Shown in pieces: positions 1 to 10,729 of a DNA stretch of 64,000 bases. Within the stretch, counting starts at the first letter, position 1, and the number at the start of each line of letters is the position of its first letter. The translations under genes and the position numbers were made by a program. The DNA is taken from contig CM119265.1 of assembly GCA_051294375.1 (NCBI GenBank), positions 20,182,966 to 20,246,965 on the forward strand. The letters are read 5' to 3'. The stretch comes from Paraspadella gotoi (lineage: Eukaryota > Animalia > Chaetognatha). The notes under the pieces are model-generated. The model was not told the origin of the DNA. It searched no databases and saw only the letters and a list, made by a program, of their open reading frames with translations.

Positions 1-363
1 AAATTTTAATTCTAAAAATAATTCTAAAATAATAAAATCATCGAAAGATGATAACAATTTTTTATGGTTTTTCTTATTTTTGACTTATCATAAAAATATT
101 TAAAAAAGAATTATTCTTTGTGTAGACAACTTTCTATGAGCTAGCTGAATGTGGTCTTAAAATTTAAAAATTTCATATGAATAAATATTAAAAAAAATTA
201 TTTGGGTATATAACCATATAATAATTTTTTTATCCATTGAAAGTATACTTAAAAATGTATAAATTTTCGTTTTGAGCATTCTAAATTTTTGACTCACCCC
301 ATTGTGTGGGGCTACCCCTACTGATGTGAATTCGATTCGACGAATGTTCTATTTCTCACACAG

Positions 364-1429
364 AATGACATCATAAAGGCCAAGGTAGCGCCCGCTATTG
401 TTATCGCAATAGATTACGCAAATTACGATGTCGCCAAGGCAACTATTCGCGACATTCACCAAAAGTTGCTACCTAAAGGATTCCAATTCATTATTTATAA
501 CACTGGTGAGATAAAAATAAATTGTATATATAATTTAGTTATTGATGTAAAACCTATTTTATCCTTTTTCGTCAGGTATGAGTAGAAGACAGTTGGAACG
601 ATTGAGAATGTTCTGCCTTTGCTCATTAGAAACACTAGACTTTTCGAGGTAAGCAAAACCGATTTCTACTTCAAATAAATACATAAATCGTATTTTTTAA
701 ATTGATTTCTCAACAACCGTCTTTCGCTTCAGACTGCCTCTTCATGTGCGAAAGAGTAAAAGCCGCCTTCGTCCACTGATTGTCTGGGATACTCTCTTTC
801 GATTGCAAAAAAACGGCGTGTGGTGGTTCGAACCCGGTTCACGCATTTCACTCGACGGTGCTCCTCGGCCATCCGTCGCCGATAAGAACGCTTCCACCCA
901 ACGTTCCGATCCCTGGACCAACTTCCTGTCGCGCGGTCTCAAACTGGGTCTTAATTTCCTGTCAGCGGCCGAACTGCCCTTAAAGGGCGGGGGGAAGCCG
1001 GCTTACCCGCCGGGAGTTCACTCGAAGTGCGTGACCCACCCCAACACGTTCATTGCCATGAACAGACAATATCATATTCACTTCACCTCTTCTCCACCCA
1101 TCGAATTGTCAATGTTTCTTTTGTTTCGCACTGAACTGACCGTAAAGGGTTTTCTGCTGCCCTCGGTCGTCTGCGTTCTCGACGAAAGTTGCGTGGCGCC
1201 CAACGCCACGACGCCCGCCTGTGATAATAGTCGCGACGGAATGACAAAGACGCTGGCGTCGCCGAGCACCAAGAACTCATGGTGCGGGTGCCACGCCCAC
1301 GAGCGAAGCGTCATGTCCGCCGCTCTTCACCGTTTATATCACTGGAACAAGAATCTCCTTGCGAAGCCCGCCGAATTCGCTTTCTTCGCCATGTCGCCGG
1401 GCGACCTCTCCGGCAAAAACTACTTCTAA
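364..1429 (+). CDS. DUF1647-like protein, 3' exons (364-505, 576-648, 733-1429); 5' end lies left of the window
   Basis: Spliced frame with GT-AG introns gives ...FIIYNTGMSRRQLERL...LDFSRLPLHVRK...RPLIVWDTL...VWWFEPGSRI...CHAHERSVMS, resembling the DUF1647 pattern (IIYDLGL, FDFSKYPxHV, WKPxII, IWWxDxSIR, CHRxDQS). Confidence 0.55.
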
Positions 1430-3237
1430 TCTAAGCGCGGCTCGAAAACGAATCTTCCGTCTCTGCGACAAATAATTCATGCCGATCATGTATTAACGAT
1501 TTACGAGAATTCTCCCCAGCTCTCGATCCGCCCATGTTTCCTAATCCTATGACTCGTTTTTCTATCTTGTCTTTCATCACCATTTTTGTTGTTGTCACGC
1601 CATTCGAATTATCGATGCTCCCGAAACATGACGCCAAAACGAATAAATTTCGTTGATTTCTTTTTTTACGGAAACTTATTAAATGTCATCAATATACCAG
1701 AGGTGGACAAAAAGTAAGATTAAGACGGTAGCGCATTTGAATAATACTTGAAGCAGAATTAATGAACAAAAACGCTGTGCACTGAAGCCACCGCACGAAA
1801 CAAGTTAGTGGGCTAAGAATTTTTTATTTCGAGTGATTGGACGCTTATCTCTCAACTAATCACAAAAGCCTGCCAAAGTTAAGCCGGCACCTACTAAATA
1901 AATTCCGAGATTCGGAGAGACAGATTTGCAAAACACAAGGGACGAATTCGTAATGATGTACAGAAATTGCTGTGTCCCAACATCGGATTATTATGACTTT
2001 GTATTATCCAGTTATACTCTAGATACGAGGTGCTAACCCTCGATTCCCCGAGAGGTTACTTTGCGGGGCGTGGGAGGAGATTTCTTTCCAAATTATAAAC
2101 ACGAAAGAATAAATTATCGCCGTCTCGAGTAAAGAGACTCACGAAAAAACTTTTCGTGTATCGTGTGTCTTTTTTTTTTTTTTACTTGATCCCGATCGAA
2201 ATTTAATCTCCAAGAAAACGAAAAGAAAAAAAAATTTAAGGGTCGAGAAAACGATGACAAGAGCTTTTTGTTAGAGCACGAGTTTACTTTAAAAATCCTC
2301 GTAAAATTAGAATTAGCGTAATAACTGAGCTTAAGTGTTACAAGGTGGGGGGGAAGAACGCGAGCTAAAAAATACAAAAGGAAAAAAAAAAAAGATCTGT
2401 CAATCGGATTTTGGCTTCGAGGGTTCACAAAAGGTGCAGTCACAAGCCTCAAAACGCGGAGCCGTCTCTCCTCCCTGCTCGATGACGTATCGATCGAATC
2501 CGGGACGTCGACCCGCGAGAAAAACCGGCCAGCGATGTCGTCGACTTCGGAGGGTAAAAACAAAAGGAGAGTCCGACCGAGGACGGGAAGACCCCTTTTC
2601 ATAATTTATTTAGCGGGACCAGTAGCCCCCTAGTCACGGCGGCGGGCTCGAAGAAGTTTACGGCGAAACACAAACAAAGCTGGCGATTGTAAAAACAATA
2701 GCCGAGTGAAAATGAAAAAAGAGAGACCGGTCACGATAATCCAGAACTAAATTCTTAATTTGTATTAAAACAAGCCCCAGGCCTTGGTAAACACGATTTA
2801 TCCGAACAACAAACTCAACCCGATTAAGAGGGGGAAAAAAAGGTGTTTAATTTAAACACGGATAAACTCGTTTTCTATTTAGATTCAATAAATTTCACGA
2901 AGTATAGACATTAGACATCTGAGATTATAAGAAAATAGGAAAGTCTTCGAGGCGGATTGGCTAAAATAATCATTGGCAAATGCCCAAAGCTATATATTTT
3001 AATAACGGGAGGGGCATATTGACAACGAACACTTCAGAATCGTTACGTTGATACGAATCTTGTACCGAGTGTAAAAAACTCATGTGTCCGTCGCCGCATC
3101 GTTCGTCTCACTGGTTCTCGTTAATCTCATCAACTACAGAGACGAAACCGGCGTATGCGAATCGGCCTCGCCCTCTGACAGCGTAAAAGCTCAACCGCGG
3201 TCTTTCACCCCAAAAATGAAAAGATGAAACAACTGAC

Positions 3238-4094
3238 CAGCTTGAGATGATTCTGTAGTTCTGCGCAGTCTGGCCTCTTGTCAATTTCCACGGTCCGGTA
3301 TCGGACCCCCAGGGAGTCGAAGATCGATTTGGCTTTGGTGCAAAACCCGCAGGTCGACTTCGAGAAAATCACCACTGGATTTTCGAGCAACGTATCCTGT
3401 TTTTGGGAGCCGCAGAGGGGGGGGGAATAACGAGGAAAAAGGTTATCATAAAAGTTGGATGTTTTAGTTTAGAGGACATCGATCTTGACTTTAATTGCAA
3501 CGGGGGGAAGTCGAAAATTTAAAACAAGATACTGAGGAATTTAAAAAAATAAAAAACCTACCCTTTCACTTTTTGAATTGGGTAAAACTCAGAGAAAGGT
3601 TATTAAAAGAGGGACAGGGCGGCTCGATGATATTGGCAAACTACTTTCGAGGGAACTCTCTGCGCTCGATGATTAACGGGCAATTTCGTGCCTCGCTCGC
3701 CGTAAAGGCCGCGAGATTTTGAGTCCCGGGGTAGAAGGGGGTCGAGGCCAATTCTTGACAATCGTTTCCCGCTCGAACCGACGAACCAATCAAAACATCA
3801 CTTATTTCGAGACAACCCACTCTCTCTTCTTTTCTTATTAACTCCCCCTTTAGCATTCTCCCCACTCATCCCGACCCGCTAAAAATTTCCTTTCGCATCT
3901 CGGTCACGATGGGTCTCGTTTCTCACGCTAACCTCGACGAAGACTTCCGAGGAGGATCTCTTCAAAGGAAAGTCGGCGATGACGAAGGCGTTTGCATTAG
4001 TGTTGGCGTCGTCGCCTGAACCGTCGTCGGTTCTCCTCGTCTTCTTTGTGTCGCCGGAGTTCACATCTTTGTCATAACTTAAACCGGCGCCCAT
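3238..4094 (-). CDS. Dithiol glutaredoxin domain, exons 4094-3933 and 3396-3238; downstream exon(s) not found in window
   Basis: MGAGLS... spliced in frame to DTLLENPVVIFSKSTCGFCTKAK...VEIDKRPDCAELQNHLKL; CxxC motif; GT donor at 3237. Confidence 0.8.
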
Positions 4095-4693
4095 CGAGAC
4101 GACAGAGTTCAAAATTTAAAAAGGGGAAATAAATCTGGGAAAAAAAAAAGCGAAACTCCACAATTCGTCGTGTTTTTTTTATTTTTTTATTGGGAATAAT
4201 GAAAATTTACAAAGCAGTTTTTTAAGCGGGTCAAATTTTATAAGGGAAATTAAACAAGAAACTTCCATAGAATGAAACGTCGAAATAAGGCGGCGGGGGT
4301 GGGTCATTGAAATAAAAAGCCGCGAAAAAACAAATTGGTCCCTTGTCCTGGATTAATTGAAGATTTCATCGAACCTTATCACGCGTAACATCGTCTACAA
4401 AAAAAAAAGTCCCTCCTTCCTAAGATTTAAATCTCGAAAGACGAAACCGACGAATTTTTTTTCCCCTAATTTTTTTTGTCTATTGAGAATGTTGAAATGA
4501 AAAGAGTTTTTTTTTCGTCTGGCATTTTGTTTTCTCTTTAGGCGATGAGGGTCGAGGAAAGATGTCGAGGAAAGTACGTAGGAACTGGAGAGAGTACGTA
4601 GATGTCGTCGAAATGGATGTCATCGTCTCTGTCATCGTCGTTATCGTCGTTATCGTTTAAATGAAATGACGGAAGCGAAACGCGTCGCCGGTG

Positions 4694-7600
4694 TCAGTCC
4701 TTTTCCGCGATTCGCACCAACTGCGATTCGATTTCCGCTTCCGTCAAAACACGGAATTTTTTGTCGGAGGAGCGGATTACCGCCACCTGAAGACGGACAA
4801 GGTTTCAATTCGACCCAGTCAGGATTTAGCTAATGACTATTCTCAAATTATATTATTATTATATACTAAACAACTGAAACTAGTTATACTCAATAAACAC
4901 CTCGATCTCCGAAGGCTTAAAGTCTGCGGAGAGGACGTGTTGCAGAGTGGAGATGGCGATCTCCATGGCTTCGTCGTAGGACAGATCTTCTGTCTTTTTC
5001 TTCATTTTTTTCTCGAGCTGGGAATTCGCCTCGGTTGCCTTTACGCCCGCTGACGTCGCTCTGTCAATTTTCAAAAAAAGTATATAGATAAAAAATCTAA
5101 TGTAAACAAGAAATAATAATGAGCGTACTCCAAATTACTGTATTTTCCTTTTATTCCTTTTACGCTCATCAAATCTCCACGAGTGGCGGGGGAATTCAAA
5201 GGCTCCAAGGGAATAAAATCAAAAAGCCGGAATGAACAAAAAATATTTTTTCATTCCAAAAACAATATTTTTATTAAAATTAAAGGCTATTGCGATACAA
5301 AGGCTTTATTGAATAGCCAAATCGAGTTTTTAAAATTTATATATGGTAAAACGTTCAAATTTTAAAATTCAAAGTCAATCAGAAGTAATTTAGCATAAAA
5401 TAAATTACAAAAATAACTTTCAATGTCTAGTGTTGTACTCCGATTCCCCATAAAGGAAGTCACAAGGAATTGTTGGACTCAAATTCTTTAAGAATCACTG
5501 AAACTGTCAACATCTCCTGTTTCTAACTTGTTTAATAAAACATTGGTTTATACTCTGATTAATCTTAATTGATTATCATTACGTATTGATTTATATTAAC
5601 CCCTTTTCCTTTTACGCAGATCACGTGATATTATTATAATAGCCAGTGTGGGAGATTTAACTTTAAGAGTTATTAAAAGGTTTCAATAGTTTTTATTCTA
5701 TTAGGACGTTTTAAGTATTTTATAATAAGCCCACTCTTGTTCACTAAATGGTGATGCTCATTGCTGCCCGAATATATTTGCTGCATTATATCAAAACAGT
5801 CCATGCCGTATCAAGGTGAGCCATCCTACAAAAATTACCACTCATCAGAATCACAAGGAACTCTTAAGATACCAGATGCCAATTTTAAAAATTTTTTTAC
5901 GCTTAGATTAACTTTTACAATAAACTATTAAAATTTAACATCAATCATCAACACTTATTCAATTAAGGATCGGCGAATAATTCTAAACCCTTCGCGAAGA
6001 AAAAACCGAGGCGGTGCGTTAAAAACTCCCTCAAATTCTTTTTAAAACTCGTTTAAACTCATTAAAGCGAGATCAAATTTTGACCTCTTTTTGAAGCCTT
6101 TTTGTGGAGAGGTCGCTTTTTAAAATTTACTAAGCCGCGATAATTACACGAATAACAATAATTTGTTCCAAAAACCGGTATAATCGTCAGATAATTTCAT
6201 TCAAGTTCGGCTTGCATGCGATCGATCCAGGCTTTTTTATTTTTCCTTTTTTCTAAATCACAATTGCCTTCTTAATTTTTATCAGGGTTGAAAGCATATT
6301 TAGAGGCAATTTTAAATAATAGTTTCGTGACCGATTTGATATTTTCCCCACCTGTAGCCACAGTAGTAACCGGCAGGGTCCGTTCGAAAGACAAGGGGGC
6401 CAAGTTCGATGTCGTAACCGATCAATATCATGGTGCAACCAAGAGGACGCATTTCCGCGTTTTGTGTGTAAACCTTATAAAAAGCAATACATTGTACGTT
6501 TAAAACCTACAAGTACTATTACATCCAATTATAAAACGGTGCAGTTCGTAAAAAAAGTTTTCGTTAAAAACAAGAAAATGTCGAGAATTGATTATTAGTT
6601 ACCAGTAAATACATACGCCAATCAACACTATTTTAAATACAATTTTGATTTCATTATTAAAAGTCAACTTCGAAATTATTAAAGAACTAAAGTGCATAAT
6701 AATATACAATTTATACATGTACAATTGTACATGCATTATGAAATTGGTACAACCAATATAAAAATTATCCATTCATTTAATAAATAAGCTATCTTGCCCC
6801 TGACTTTGGACATATTATACATGCAAAAATAAATTTTATTTTAAATAATCTCACATTTATAAATACGGAAAATCAGTTTAAAAAAATGTCAATTCAATTA
6901 AACAAGTTTGTATAAAAATTAACGAATGGTATAAAGTTTAAACATAATTCAATTAAAAATATTTGTTTCAAAGTTCTTCAAAATTTTTAAAAAAATTCTT
7001 AAATTTCAAATGCTCTCTATTTTTGAATAATTGAATTAAAAACTACTTACAGAATAAATCAATTATAACAACCTTGAACTAATCAGTAATTACCCACTAG
7101 TTCTCTCGTTTAAACCCAAATTATATATAAATGTATAATATCCAATTTGTAACTTGGGACAGTTTAAAACATCGTGTTGTATAGATGCTCCCTAACAACT
7201 TAGATTCCTTTCTTCCTCACAAAAAAGAATTCTGCAACTTTAGTTGAAAATGAATTAAAAAAAATTCGTATTTTCATCATGTTAAAATTGTGTCAATCAT
7301 GTTAAATTAAATGCTTCTAGAATCTTAAAATCTAAAACCCATATTTCAGAATCATATTATAATTATTCATGTAGCTATTTTTATTAACTCGACTTCTATA
7401 TGCAAACTTCTTAGCAGAGAATCATCGGGTCAAGATCGTCATCTATCTAGCAATTCTATTTAAATTGAACTTTAAAGCACCTGAGAGATGTCGGCGATAC
7501 GACGACATAGGACGTCGGTGGGAATGTCATAGGCGAACTTGTACTTAAAATTAGCAGCTTCGAGTCGCGCGCGGTCCACCTGCGATCGACAGTCGGCCGG

Positions 7601-8079
7601 CATTCCCGTCATTACGCACCCGATGTTATCTGGTTATTACGGGGTAAGGTTTTTTGTTGAAAAATATTTAGACGTTCGGAAAAACTTGAGAAAAACAATC
7701 CATATCATGCGTTAAATTCTTTTTGGGAAAAAAATGGTATGAAAGGAAATTAATACCCAGTGAAAGTATAATATAGCTTTTTCACTGACCGGTGATCTTG
7801 TACATGTTAGTGATGGTTAAGGGATCCATGAGCTTGTCTGGGACTTTTTTCTGAATTGCGGCAATAGCACAATCGGCACCGCGAACAGCCACCGACGTCA
7901 GTCCACCCTGGTTGATAGCCTTGAAGGCATACTCCACCTTCGAGATAAATAATGCAAATCACTTTCTATTCTTTCGATAACGCTTTGAGAAGAAAACAAA
8001 AGGCCACCTGATAAAGCCTTCCCTCCGGAGAAAAGATTGTAATGTGACGATCGAATCCAGCCGAACTCCCGCGAGACAT
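4694..8079 (-). CDS. PSMA6: Proteasome subunit alpha type-6, six exons
   Basis: [44 protein letters not shown]...[12 protein letters not shown]...DPAGYYCGY...[12 protein letters not shown]...RIAEKD*. Confidence 0.97.
6735..6812. repeat. 78-bp direct repeat, copy 1 (PSMA6 intron)
   Basis: Identical to 9282-9359 (attatgaaattggtacaacc...cctgactttggaca). Confidence 0.9.
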
Positions 8080-9281
8080 TTTATAATATTAACTTCCAGA
8101 AAATATAAGAACAACAAATGATTTTTGTGCTAAAATGAGCTACAATTTCAAAATACCAGACAGGGAATTTTAGCGATAAAAGTTGGGCAAAATGCACATT
8201 AGGCAACTACAGGGTTATAAACATCGTACCCCAATTTAAAAGCGCCATAAAACGTATAAATATTAAAAGAGCACCCGGAATGCAATAAGAAATATTTTGA
8301 AGTTTGGCTAATAGATTCGACTGGTAATAAAAATAAAAGATTTACTGCGTAATCTCCAATCTCTAATACGAAATATCTCGGCTTCTGCTCTCCATAGCAA
8401 GTTGTTTATGAGAAGCAAATAAATTAACGGGACCTTTTGTGTCCGAAATTCTTCAAGGGCGTTAAAAAAAAAAAACTACCGACGGGATCGCACCATTTTC
8501 TATAAACCTTTAGCCTTACACAATTCTCCTGCTTTTTTTTTCCCCGCTACACCAATTCATCTTACAGGGACTTCAATTAAACTCGTAAAATCTTTCACGG
8601 TATATTATTTTTATAACATTCTTGATGTTTATTTTGACTTAAAAAAATTTTCAAATTTCCTAATAGTATAATCACAATGGCTCTCAAGCAAGGAGTCACT
8701 TTTCTTCATTTTTTTCGTCCAAATTTTAGGTTTTTAACAATTTAACAATTTTTAACGCCGATTGCAAAGTTATCTGTTATAAACATAAAAGTTTTTGGTA
8801 ATAAAAAGTCAGTTTGGAGATTTGTTATTGTAAAAATTTTTTTATGTAAAACCTAATTAATTTACTATAGTAACTATTATTTATCAACAAAATCGTATTA
8901 TGTAATTTTTCCCCCCAAGCTGAAATTTTAATTTTTAATAGATTATAAAAGTAAAATGTGATGATTATTATTAAGTATTATTCATATTATAAAAAAAATT
9001 GATTCTGTTTTGTGATAAATTTACTAGAGTATCTTATTAATTATAAAAATAAAGCGTGAAAAAAAATTTGTTTTAATTGGAACTGTAGGATTAATAATAA
9101 GATCCAATTTCAAAGCAAAAATTTGAAAGAAAAAAATGCTTCTTCAAAAATTTACCCTCTGAGGAAAATGTTTATAACATAGCAACTATCCTAGCTAGAA
9201 TGTTACGAATTAGTGGGAAAAAAATTGAATATCTTTCTATTAATATAAAAAAATTTTATAACCCGATTGCTCTTCGTTTTG

Positions 9282-9359
9282 ATTATGAAATTGGTACAAC
9301 CAATATAAAAATTATCCATTCATTTAATAAATAAGCTATCTTGCCCCTGACTTTGGACA
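9282..9359. repeat. 78-bp direct repeat, copy 2 (intergenic)
   Basis: Identical to 6735-6812. Confidence 0.9.
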
Positions 9360-9890
9360 GGCTTTGGTGGTTTAAGGCCTCCATCACTCTTACAAAATAA
9401 TGACATAGCAGGTCCCTGCAAGGTTTCAATCAAGACTCTCTCACAGTCTCGTTTATTCACTCCCATTCATTACAAGTCTTTTCCTATCAGTCCAGATTGA
9501 AGTCCCTGTACTTAACCCATAATTCTTTATTTTCTGCACTACTCATATCTCTACTCCCAATGTATCTTTTGTTCAAAGTCGATATCCAACGCTTGTAAAA
9601 GACAAGTAAGAAAATTGTTTATTCGATAGTTACATCTTTCTTTACATGCCAGTTGATCTGAAAGCCCAGTATAAAAACTAATTCTAATAATATGCTTAAT
9701 ATTTATAGTTTATACTATCTCGGCGGTAAACTGAACAAAATAATATTTCAATAAGTTACACAGATATTTTCATACATACTACCGGATTTCATACGACAAT
9801 CATTCAACCAAACTTCAGTACCACAACCATGCCTTTTCAACCACGGTATAAATATGTCGATGGAAGGCTCCGTCGAGCCCAGAACCGAAG

Positions 9891-9959
9891 CCAAATGGAG
9901 CATCAAACGGACTCTCATGATTTGCATCAATTTTAAGAGTCGGTTGTCATATAATTTGG
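9891..9959 (-). promoter_or_regulatory. SECIS element (type II-like) in the selenoprotein 3' UTR
   Basis: Minus strand CCAAAU-UAU-AUGAC-AACCGACUCUU-AAAA-UUGAU-GCAA-AUCAU-GAGAGUCCGUU-UGAU-GCUCC-AUUUGG: helix I, AUGA/GA quartet, 11-bp helix II with one mismatch, apical A-run and mini-stem. Confidence 0.92.
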
Positions 9960-10013
9960 ACATTCGATCAGCGGCTCGATTGCCTCGAGTTATTTTCGAT
10001 GGGATATCACATT

Positions 10014-10464
10014 TCACAAAACGGCGCATCCCGGAGATTGACTGTTCTCAATCTTCTCCACCTAAAAAGTAATATTAAGTTTAAGCACATTGTATATTAT
10101 TTATACCAAGAAAAAATAAAAACTAACTTGTACACCGGCCTCCAGCTTCTTGATCTCTTCGAGAACGTCTTTGACATAAGGAAAGCCATGACATTCCAGC
10201 TTGGAGAAAATCAAGGTCCCATTCAATTGAACCTCGAAAGAACTGGATCGTCCAACCTGAAAACGGAAAATCATCTCAAAAAGAGCAAGTATTATAATAA
10301 CGAATACGTATATATTTTTGGAAACATGCCTTGCCGAAGACGGCGGCGGATGGGTAAGCTTTGAGAATGTTTGCTTGGAGCTCCTCAAAGCGGGGCTCGT
10401 ACCCTCACGCGCCACAATATTCCACATCGATCCTTATGGCTAACTGTTCTCCCTGTGCGGTCAT
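10014..10464 (-). CDS. MIEN1: Rdx-family selenoprotein (SELENOW2/MIEN1-like), exons 10464-10330, 10256-10128, 10061-10014; Sec UGA at 10407-10405
   Basis: MTAQGEQLAIRIDVEYCGA-U-GYEPRFEELQ...[30 protein letters not shown]...SQSPGCAVL*; CxxU motif, C-terminal CaaX, downstream SECIS. Confidence 0.92.
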
Positions 10465-10729
10465 CTTGCCTTTCTCCAACTGAGTTCCGTGAGGAGTTAA
10501 GTGAAAATTAATAACTGAAAATAAATTAAACAGTAAAATTTCAAAAATGATTTTGTTATAATAGAGAAACTTTATTATTATAAAAATTGATGAGGAAACT
10601 ATAAATTTTGTAATCGGGCGATTCTCCCGGTAAAAAGTGAAAAAAATAAAAGTAAAAAATGAAAATATTATCAATAACGAACAGAAATGACCATCACATA
10701 TGTAAATAGATTCAATGAAACAATAAAAA

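Noticed and set aside
1431-1637. ORF containing VIGLGNMGG, resembling a Rossmann motif
   Set aside because: Short, no ATG-initiated domain context, antisense to a 3' UTR; likely chance.
2114-2604. ORFs 2114-2602 (-) and 2335-2604 (+)
   Set aside because: Contain homopolymer-derived Phe/Lys runs; no frame supplies the missing glutaredoxin exon.
4550-4660. Short repeats (GTCGAGGAAAG, ATCGTCGTT) as a CRISPR-like array
   Set aside because: Eukaryotic 3' UTR simple repeats without regular spacers or cas genes.
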